This document shows, piece after piece, positions 1 through 9,399 of a stretch of DNA of 64,000 bases. The notes under the pieces were generated by a model. The model made no database searches. It worked only from the letters and a program-made list of their open reading frames with translations, and had not been told where the DNA came from. Each line of letters starts with the position of its first letter. Position 1 is the stretch's first letter. This DNA is from Takakia lepidozioides (taxonomy: Eukaryota; Plantae; Bryophyta). The position numbers and the translations under genes were made by a program. The stretch spans positions 75,702,001 through 75,766,000 of the forward strand of contig CM060731.1 in assembly GCA_030704615.1 (NCBI GenBank), read 5' to 3'.

Positions 1-1129
1 GACCCAATTGTAGTGATTGGGGCGCACGGTTGGTTCAAGGTTATCTTCCTAGTCAAAGAGGGTTCCAGGTGAACCCTTGCTCAAGGTGATGCCAAAGCGG
101 CATCATGAGCGATCGCAAGCAATGTTGTTGCAGTAAGGCGATTCGATCCTCGGGGAGGATCGTTCCTTGGCCTTGAAGTAGGCCAAAAGAGTGCACTGGG
201 AGGAGCTGGAGAGGCTCCACCCTTGGCCGGGACTTGGAGGAAGTCGGCCGAACTAGCTAGTGGAGAGTAGAGTCAAGTGTGGGGTTTGGTTCTTTGCCAT
301 GGGACGCCATGGTACGGAAACAAACTCCTTGATGTGGGACGCCACAACTTGGATGTTCGTTTCTACAAAATGGACAAGTCGATGAGGACATCGACTCCCT
401 GTTGGTAGGGGTGTGTGTCGCGGCCCTTTGCCTTGAGGGCAGGGGGTCGGGACACATGAGGGGCTGCCCTGTGGGGGGGGCAGCGGCAGCGATAGGTATG
501 GGGGGCTGAAGCACCTTGAGTGCCCAAGGCACTCAGGGAAGCGGAGGCGCTCACTAGGTGGAGCCCCGCACACCGGGTTGCGGTGGGGGTGGCTCCACAA
601 GGGGTGGTGGTAGCTTAGTGGGACTTAGTGGGGGTGGCATAGGACTCACCATGGGGGCGGAGACCTCGTGGTGGGAGTCGTGGGGAGTCTTGGGACTCAT
701 CACGGTCCATAGGGGCCGTGGTGAGCGGGCCAAGACTCACCGCGACTCCCACCGGGAATCGAGGGTTTTCGTGGTGGTTCGCCATAAAATGGCATGGCTG
801 GTTGTGAAAACCCCCGGACAGCTACAGAAGTATATATAGGGAGTAGTAACCCCGAGAACGGTGCAAGCCCGTTGGTGACCAAAAACTAGTGAGTAAGCGA
901 GCGAGCCGGAAAGCGACCAAAGAGTGGGGAGCTGTTCCGGACTGCCATCTACCAAAGGGAATTCCACTAGGCCCAAATAGGTGGAGGGTCTTTGGGAAGC
1001 GAAGGGGACCGTTATGTCCCGGTGAGCAGCCGAAGCTCCAGTTGCCCGGCGGCCAGGTTGGGAGTCAGGCGCGCGCATCAAAGCGAGTAACTATGACTTG
1101 GGGGAGTTACCGAAGTGGTGCGCGCACGA

Positions 1130-1260
1130 GTTGGTGGGGCAGTGTTATATCCCATGGGCTTTATCCTGGACTTTGGGAGGAGTCACCATCCTACAGGCCT
1201 GGATGGCAGTCGGGGATGGTGTCGTGCACAGCTCTCTGTGACATTCATTGGGGGTCGGCT
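1130..1260 (+). pseudogene. C-terminal remnant of a retropepsin-like aspartic protease
   Basis: VGGAVLYPMGFILDF/WEESPSYRPGW resembles the (D)VLLG-x-x-x-L C-terminal retropepsin motif and lies just upstream of the rest of pol. The catalytic D(S/T)G is not in the window. Confidence 0.45.
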
Positions 1261-1574
1261 GCCCAGCGGGGCAGATGCCAACACTAGCCGCCTTTACAGC
1301 TGCAGTTAGTTGGCCTGGAGAGTTGCTGGAGGTATGCCCATGCAGAGGATGTGCCACCTCCAGCAGAGCATGACATGCATGGTACGCGGAGTTGCCTGCC
1401 ATGGTTGCTCACACTCCATTATGGGTACGAGCAAGGTTTGCAGCTGCTGATGGACGGGTACAACAAGCCTGGGTAGAGCCTTCGTACCGTCAAGAGAAGA
1501 GGAGAGTGCGGTAATTGCACCAGGACCCCTCAATTGTCGCCATTGGACCACACCTCTTGTGTGGCAGTGCCCGG

Positions 1575-2500
1575 ATGAAGGCATGCCTTCTGGACTTGTT
1601 TGGCGGATCAGCACTGGATTGGCTGCAGTACTGCAGCAGTGTACGAGTTCGACATTACCTGTATGTGGAGAGGATGACTGCACGACGCGTCTCACTGCCC
1701 ATGTTGCTCAGTTGGTACAGCAGTGATTTGTTGCAGTGTCTGCAGTTCGTGGATACCAACAAGCCTTGCCACAGACATTTCGTTGCTGGGGCGCAGGATT
1801 TGGAGCGGGTTGGCTCCATTGATCTGGTAGTGGCAGGTTGGCCCTGCCAAGGGCATTCATCAGCGGGCATGGCAATGGATTGCGAGACTCGAGGACGGGT
1901 CTGTTTTGGGAGATGGTGCGGTTTTGCGCCACTTGCAGCTTCATCAAGCTGTATCTCCACATACATCTTGGAGAATGTGCCACTGATGGGTGATTCTCGG
2001 GCCAGGGTGATGGCCAGTGCATCAAGTCCGGTCGTGGCTTGGTCAGCAGTGTTGCTGGATGCAGCTGCAGTGGGTCACGGGCTCATCGTCCACGATAATG
2101 GTGGACTAATGTGATGTCACCCGCACTGCTCAAGCATGCATTTGATGGGGTGCAGCGGCCAGCACACCTCACAGTGGATAGCATTTTGACACAGGGAGGC
2201 AGTCTCAACGTGTGAGACATGATGACCGTTCGCCTTTGGCAGTGGTCAACAGGGTGGTCAACCACGAGCAGCATACCTACACTGCTCAGCTTCCCAGGAT
2301 CCCATGCTTTTCGGATGGTGGACCTGGCCTCTTGTGGGATAGCCAGTTGCAACAATTAGTGGAGCCAATGCTGACGAGCGCGAGCGGGCAATGGGTTTTA
2401 CCACTGGTACCACGGCATCTCTTTCTGAGGCATCACGTCGTCAGGTGTTGGGGCAAGCAATGGATCTCAATTGCTTGACCTGGATTATCAGCTTGGCTAT
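1575..2500 (+). pseudogene. DNA (cytosine-5)-methyltransferase domain, DNMT3-like, inside the retrotransposon pol (frameshifted)
   Basis: Motifs in canonical order: I LLDLFGG (~1587-1607), II YLYVE, IV IDLVVAGWPCQGHSSAG (PC at 1842-1847), VI YILENV (1971-1979), VIII DAAAVGSRAHRPR*WWTN (~2058-2110), IX ERERAMGFTTGTT (~2376-2414), X RRQVLGQAMDLNCL (~2436-2477). Confidence 0.92.
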
Positions 2501-2869
2501 GGCCGAGCAGCGCAGAGTACGGAGTACACTTCCCTTCATGGTCTCCCTGCCTACCAAGACGGTACAGGCAGCGAGTGGGGGCGAGCAGGTGAGGACCACG
2601 AGGTGCAGGCCGCATCCATGGCACACGTGGGAGGTGCTCGAGGTTGAGAAGGAGTTGGCAGCCAAGGCAGCTGTGATGGATGAGGTTGGGGATTTCTCGG
2701 GTTGATGGGTCCTCAGGATGAGATGATGGGGCAGGATGAGGCCTTGTCATTGACTGAGCAGGGGTAGTACTGCTCAAGAGGTTGCAGCATAGCAACCACG
2801 GGACGCGTCCTCTACCTCTAAGCCCACTGGACTTAAGGTTGCAGTTACGGAGGACAATTGGGAGCCTGA

Positions 2870-4262
2870 CATTGGACCCATTGTCACCGGAGGAGAGAGA
2901 CGACGTATACGGTGGTTCCTGAGGGCTTACAGGAATTGCTTTGCCTTCAGTTTGAAGGACTTAGGAGCACTGAAGGGTCAAGATTCGCATTGAATTGGCT
3001 ACTGACACGCCAATCTTTCGGAGACCCTATAGATACAGTGACATGGAGAGGTCCTTGATTCAGATGAGAACTTTGGGAGGCTGGTTTGGTGGAGCTATCT
3101 GGGGAGAGTATGCTTCAGCCACAGTGATGCCAGCCAAGAAGGATGTCTATGGCAATTGGACGGAGAGACGTATGTGCGGTGATTACCGGCCTGTAAATCG
3201 TCAGACCAAGTCCGATAGGTATGCTATGCCGACACCAGAGGAGATCTTTGATGCCATTGGCATGCCAAGGTCTTTAGCACATTGGATTTACGATCCGGAT
3301 ATCACCAGTTGCCGATCAAGGAGGCGGATAAGCAAAGACGCATTCTGGGGGATCAATGAGCACGGGAAGATTGCCTATACCAGTGGCGGTTCTTACCATT
3401 TGGGCTTAAAAACGCTCCTGCTGAGTTTCAAAGAGTCATGGACAGATTCTAGCAGGGGTGGAGTTTGCTCGGTGCTACATAGATGACATCATCATCTTTA
3501 GTGCTACGGTGGAGAGCATGAGAGACACCTTCAGGGGTATTTGAGCGCTTGAGGGCGCACGGATTGAAGTTACATCCGGGAAGTGCAAGTTTTTCCACAA
3601 CCAGATTGAGTATCTGGGTCACATGATATATCCTGGAGGATTGGGGGTACAGCAGACTAAGGTAGAGTCCATTGCACAGGTTCCATGCCCCACGGATGTG
3701 AGCCGAGTTCGAGCTTTCATGGGGTTAGCAAACTATTATAGACGGTTTGTTAAGGGATTTAGTGCCATTGCAAAGGCTCTAACCAAGCTGACCAAGGTGG
3801 ACCAGGAGTGGCAGTGGGAAGATGAGCAAGAACAAGCTTTTCAAGAGCTCAAGGCGAGGTTGACCTCGGCGCCCATCTTGACGACCTATCAGGGGGCGTC
3901 CTTTCAGCTGCATACATTGGAGCATGCTGGGGCTTGGAGCGGTGCTCACACAGGTGGATGATGAGGGAAGAGAGTTCGTAGTGGCTTATGCTAGCCGCTC
4001 GAACAACGCTGCAGAGTCTAAGTATAGCTCATATGAGGAGAATGCTTAGCTGCAGTGTGGGCCGTGGCACACTTCAGGTGCTATCTATACGGCAATCTCT
4101 TCACCCTTGTCACGGATCACCAACCACTCAAGTGGTTGATGGAGTCAGACAAGCTTACGGGGAAGCTTGCACGGTGGGCACTCATCCTTCAAGAGTATGA
4201 CTTTCAGGTGTGCATCGACCGGGTTTGGTCAATCGCAATGCAGATGGGTTGAGTCGCAATCC
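2870..4262 (+). pseudogene. Reverse transcriptase + RNase H of gypsy pol (frameshifted)
   Basis: PIFRRPYRYS, RMCGDYRPVN, LDLRSGYHQ, LPFGLKNAP, CYIDDII (~3473-3493), KCKF..YLGH, AFMGLANYYRRFV, AYASR, TDHQPL, RWALILQEYDF, NADGLSR. Confidence 0.95.
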
Positions 4263-4599
4263 ATGCACGAGCCAGCAGGATGACACTGGAGCTCGGTGGC
4301 ATGGTGAGACGGATGTGGAGATGGTGCCCAGATGGCATGCATCTGCATTTCTGTGTATCTTGGCAGCGGAAGGCCAGGTTGGACTTGCAACAGGGATGAT
4401 TGTAGATCAAGTGTCTGAGGACCCTGAGGCCAGCAATGCAAGTGGCGCCAAAGATATACATGAGGATTCAGCTGTGTTGGACTATCTTCGCACTGGAGAC
4501 ACGGCAGCCACTGTGACTGCTAAGGAGAGGGATCGGATCCTACAACGAGCCAAGAGGTTCAAGTGGGAGGGGACACACCTGCTCCGAGTGTGGGAAGAT

Positions 4600-5893
4600 G
4601 GTTGAGTGAGGATTGTGCCTCACCCAACATAGCGGGCACGGTTAGTGCGAAATGCCTATGAGGAGTTGGGGCATTTTGGGGTGCGACGCACTCATAGTCT
4701 ACTGCAAGGGCAGTATTGGTGGCGTGGTATGCACACAGAGGTGCAACAATTTGTGGCTAGGTGCATGGTGTGTGACAGGGTGCATGCTTCATTCAACGCC
4801 CCTACTCCACAATTGCACCCTCTTCCGATCATGGGATTGGGCTACAGGTGGAGTCTTGACTTCGCAGGTCCGTTGCCACTGACCATGCGCCATAACAAGT
4901 ACGTGTTGGTGATGGTGGAGCACTTCTCCAAGTGGATTGAGTTGGTTCCATTGCCTGATAAGGCTAGTGAGGGAGCTCCATATGCATTCTTGGATTGTGT
5001 GCTTAGCCGATTCGGTGCTCCAGCTGAGGTACTCACGGACCAAGGGAGAGTTCTTGGGGGAGTTTCAGGCTTTGTGTGACAAGGCCTTGATAGACCACCG
5101 CACCACTTCTCGGGATCATCCTGAGGCCGATGGCTTGGCAGAGAGAGTTGTTCAGACAATAAAGAGGGGTTTGCGCAAGTATGGCTTGCAGAAGGGAACC
5201 TAGGAGATTGGGACCTTCAGTTATCCTGGTTAGCTATGGGCTACAGGTTCAGCAAGCAAGCATCACTTGCCTCCTTCTCACCATACTTTCTTCTCTTTGG
5301 CCGAGAGCTGGATTTGCCTACATCCATTCGCAGAGAAGCTGCTACAGTTCTTAATCTTGACGATCCGGACGTGTGGGCACGTGCATGTGAGCAGCGTGCA
5401 GTTATTCTAGAAATTCATGCCCATGGCTTTCGAGAACCTTGCCATTGCACAACACCGTGATACGTTGAGGTATGCTACCATACGTGGTGGGGGCTATCGT
5501 CCCGGGGTCAGGAGATTCAACCCTGGTGACTATGTCTATCTGCAGCAGACTGCTCCTACAACCTTGGATGTAATTGCAGGACGTGTTATTTTGAGGGTTC
5601 GAGAGGTCTTGCCCTCAGGCGTCTTGGTCTTGGAGGGTCGGGATGGCATAACTTGGAAGGACCATGTGCGTAATTGTGCGCCATGTCACCTTCCGAATGT
5701 CGATGGCATGATTGACCCAAGCCTAGCAGTGGTATCTGCAAGTTTGAGGTGCATGTTGTGTGGGTCTGCTGGAGGGGCAGCCACCATGCTGGTGTGTGAT
5801 CGATGCTCTAGAGGTTGGCATATGGGATGCTTGACTCCACCTCTTGAGATGGTTCCGGATGGGGATTGGTTATGTCCACATTGCATTGGATAG
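4600..5893 (+). pseudogene. Integrase with C-terminal PHD finger
   Basis: Zn-binding ...LGHFG...YWW...CMVC, core WSLDFAGP / VLTDQG / ADGLAER, then CMLC-x11-CDRC-x4-H-x2-C-LTPPL..VPDGDWLCPHC (C4HC3 PHD, ~5750-5885), ending at TAG 5893. Confidence 0.93.
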
Positions 5894-6153
5894 TGGGAGT
5901 GGATACAACCATGGAAGGCTAACAAGAAATGCAAGGCCAAGCTACTAGGAGACCTTGAACACACGAGATCTTGGCTCAAGTTCACAGATTGCAAGACGGC
6001 AACTAACGATGGGGCTACTCTTGTACCCGGTCTCTTGGTCTATAGAGTTTGAGTACAATAGGGACAGTGATAGAGGACTTAGTACGGCTGTGGCTATTAC
6101 ATCTTGTAGCTATCTGGAGGTAGAGGGACCTATCCACCAGCTAGGGGGGCGAT

Positions 6154-6685
6154 TGTGGCAGACTACTTTATTGTGCATATATGTGTGGTGTGGTTTGGAC
6201 AACAATGTAGTTGTGTAGCGATACGTATGCGCACAACAGCTATCAAGTTAAATAAGCACAGTGTGAAACTAACTAGAATAAAGCTAGTTATTTGTATTTA
6301 ACACTTGGATTTAGGTCAAGTGTTAAATCAGGTGTCAAGTTTAGTTTGACACCTGAACCGTCTTATCTTCACGAGAGCGTCAGTCGCGCAGCTCATCTCT
6401 CTCGAGTTGAGCCTGCACGACCGAGCTCCTTCACCGTTTAGAAGCTGAGTGTGCTTATGATGGGAGGATAGGTTGTTGTGGGGTGGAGTCCCCATAGCTT
6501 GGGGTGCCCCTGGCTCGACTTCTATTTTAAAGAGTGATGAGTGATGCTGTTGGTTTTCATGTTTCTTGTGTCAACAGTGTGTTATTAGCTTTCTTATCAT
6601 TGTGGCAGACTACTTTATTGTGCATATATGTGTGGTGTGGTTTGGACAGCGATGTAGTTGTGTAGCGATACGTATGCGTACGACA
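6154..6685 (+). repeat. 3' LTR (532 bp) of the DNMT-gypsy element, with an 85-bp direct repeat at both ends
   Basis: Starts TG just after the PPT and ends CA where unrelated MULE-like sequence resumes. 6154-6238 and 6601-6685 differ at 4 positions. Confidence 0.75.
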
Positions 6686-6879
6686 GGAGATTCGGCGCCA
6701 TTTTCTCAGACATCGGACTTGCGGTGCTCGACGAGACCTCCTCGGGCAACATCACGGGACCACGAGGGAGCGTGCAAATATTCTTGTCAGCTCGCCATGA
6801 ATCGTCTTCTCCGCCAGGTGCCTCGTCAAGTCTTCGTCTCACTGGACAGGTGTGAACATCTCTTTTCAAGTGTTGGCCA

Positions 6880-7940
6880 CTTCAAAGCAATGGCGTGCCC
6901 CGAAGGCCCTCTCGCAAGGCTGCCGCCCACTTGCGAGGATTCTTCGATCTGGAGGCAGTCTGCATCAGCATTTCCTGCCTGTCCGGCCCCAAGCCCCACT
7001 GTTTCCCTTTCAAAAACTCATTGTACCTGCATTGTTGCATAATTGACCTGACAATGTCCTCCGTTGTGGCAGTGAGGATGTCCACCAGATGCGCCGCAGA
7101 GGAGGCACGCAGGAAGAATGTACTAATTCGGCCATGTTTGTTGTCGGCATGTCGGTGTCAGAGTCGAGACACATTTCCTGTACATGCACATGTTTAGGTT
7201 ACAAGCAAATTACAAATAATGAGTAGCTAGCATAATATTCAACGGGACGCAAATTTGTCCAACTCACCTCCCGCATATAGTCGCCGAACTGGAGGAAACG
7301 ATAATGCCACCATGCTAGCCAACCAACCATTGCTCCCTCGTCTGATTTCTTTACAGCACCTGACGTTGTCCACCAAGCCCGTATACATGCAAACTATGTC
7401 TCTGCATCATCCAAGGTGGGAGCACACTTCCACGCAAGACACATGGAACGGTGCTCCTCTCTGAAATCTGGCGCCACGAGCCTGGTTGTGTACTGCGACA
7501 AGCTCTGCAAAAAATGGAACCCACAAGATCTCTCCTTGCTTTTCATCGGAACATTGGGGTCTTCCCCATACACCCTTCGGATGGCAGCCCAATTTGCTTG
7601 TGCGTTGTCCGCCATGAAACCACTAAAATTGGGAGGGGGAAATCCTGCCCTGGCCATCTGATCGTTTATTCCCTGCCAAAGAAGCATCTCCGATTGTGTG
7701 TCCTCTCCTTTCATCTCACAAATAACAATTGTCATTAGCATCCTGCAGTGGGTGTCGTAGACATGTGCACCCATTGTCACTCACTGGTGATTTGTAATTC
7801 GCTTGATATGGTCGAACATGACCAAACTGTTTGACAAGTCCCCACTCGTCATCCAGTGGACCAGTTCGACGCCGCTGCCAGGCCCACACGTTGACATTTT
7901 GAATACGAAACATCGATCTGCGTCAGTCCCTTGTCTGAGA
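6880..7940 (-). pseudogene. Mutator-like (MULE) DDE transposase fragment with an intron
   Basis: FVFKMS..FDH..., FSGFMADNAQANWAAI...ERSCGFHFLQ (D and CxxH), then a GTGAGT...TACAG intron (~7268-7178) followed by MPTTNMAE (third catalytic E). In-frame stops are present. Confidence 0.7.
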
Positions 7941-8640
7941 CAGAGAACATCCCTCGGATGGAAAAACGGCGCCGAATCTCCAATGAGGCCATTCGGATGA
8001 AGTTGTCTCGGGGGTAGAGGCCGACACCTGGCCTACAGAGAATATCCCCCGGATGGCAAAACGGCGCCGAATTTCCATCCGAGGCCGTTCGGATGAAGTT
8101 GTCTCGGGGGGAGAGGCCGACACCTGGCCGACAGAGAACATCCATCGCATGGAAAAACGGCGCCGAATTTCCATACGAGGCCCGTTGGATGAAGTCGTCT
8201 CGGGGGGAGCGGCCGACACCTGGCCGACAGAGAACATCCCCCGGATGGAAAAACGGCGCCGAATTTCCATCCGAGGCCGTTCGGATGAAGTCGTCTCGGG
8301 TAAAGAGGCGGACACCTGGCCGATAGAGAAGATCCCCCGGATGGAAAAACGGCGCCGAATTTCCATTCGAGGCCCGTCGGATGAAGTCGTCTCGGGGGGA
8401 GAGGCCGACACCTGGCCGACAGAGAACATCCCCCGGATGGAAAAACGGCGCCGAATTTTAGGACGAGGCCCGTTGGATGAAGTCGTCTCGGGGGGAGAGG
8501 CCGACATCTAGCCGAGAGAACATCCCTCGAATGGAAAACGGCGCCGTATTTCCATCCAAGGCCGCACGGATGGAGTCGTCTCGGGGGGAGTGGCCGAAAG
8601 AGATCATCTGCAGGATGGAGAAACGGCGCCGAATATCCAT
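7940..8640. repeat. Tandem array, 96-bp unit, ~7 copies, palindromic core
   Basis: CGGCGCC at 7967, 8062, 8158, 8254, 8350, 8446, 8539 and 8624. Core CGGATGGAAA-AA-CGGCGCCG-AA-TTTCCATCCG. Confidence 0.95.
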
Positions 8641-8779
8641 CAATTGACGCCCGTATCGACCCTTCATCAACAATTTTGATTCGTTTTTCGCGTTTTTTTG
8701 TCTAATCAGTCACTCAACTTAGAGTTTTTCGCCTGCGGTCCACTTTTTGGCACGCTATGCCCACCAATGTCGTCCGGTA

Positions 8780-9070
8780 GAGACAAATTCGGCGCCGGAT
8801 TTCCATCCATGAGGTGGACCGATTTACTTGCACGATGGAAATTCGGCGCCGGTTTTCCATCCTGCAGCGCTCCGGTTTACCTGCAGGATGGAAATTCGGC
8901 ACCGGTTTTCCATCCTGCAGCGCTCCGGTTTACCTGCAGGATGGAAATTCGGCACCGGTTTTCCATCCGGCTGCTTCTGGATGAGAACGTCTCGGGCGGA
9001 GGGAGGGCCACGGTGCGTCCCACTTCATCCGCTGAATGGAAATTCGGCGTCGTTTTTTTCCATCCAGCGG
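8780..9070. repeat. Tandem array, 53-bp unit, same palindromic core in the opposite orientation
   Basis: GATGGAAATTCGGC at 8834, 8887 and 8940, with arms CTGCAGGATGGAAA...TTTCCATCCTGCAG. Confidence 0.9.
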
Positions 9071-9399
9071 GCTGTTGATGAAGTCTCGGGGGAAGGGTGG
9101 GCCAGGTGGCGCCTGTGGGCGACCTCCATACCTACATTTAAGGGCGCAGTTGCGCATTAAATGTCCTCCGCCGTCTATTTTGAACCGGACGTTCCACAAC
9201 CGCGCTTGCTTCCCGGATACGCCTTCGACACCTGATGTGACGGGTGGATGAAGTTCCATTCGAGGCATGTACGCCCGCATTCTGCGGGAGATTTTTTCTT
9301 TTACTTGGACGTATGCCGCGTGGAGAAGGGCGTGGCTCTCTTGAGAGAAACCCCACATCCAGATCGCGTCGCAAACTGAAGCCTTTGTACTACGGGCGG

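Larger units (their letters stand above)
1130..6685 (+). mobile_element. Ty3/gypsy LTR retrotransposon, 3' part: PR remnant - DNMT - RT - RNaseH - integrase - PHD - PPT - 3' LTR
   Basis: Collinear + strand pol motifs in gypsy order (RT-RH-IN), purine tract AGGGGGG at 6143-6149, and an LTR from TGTGG (6154) to CGACA (6685). Gag and the 5' LTR are not visible. Many 1-nt frameshifts. Confidence 0.93.

Noticed and set aside
1575-2500. Bacterial restriction-modification methylase, contamination, or a host DRM/DNMT3 gene
   Set aside because: It is intronless, collinear inside gypsy pol, has no neighbouring nuclease or host regulatory domains, and is flanked by plant sequence.
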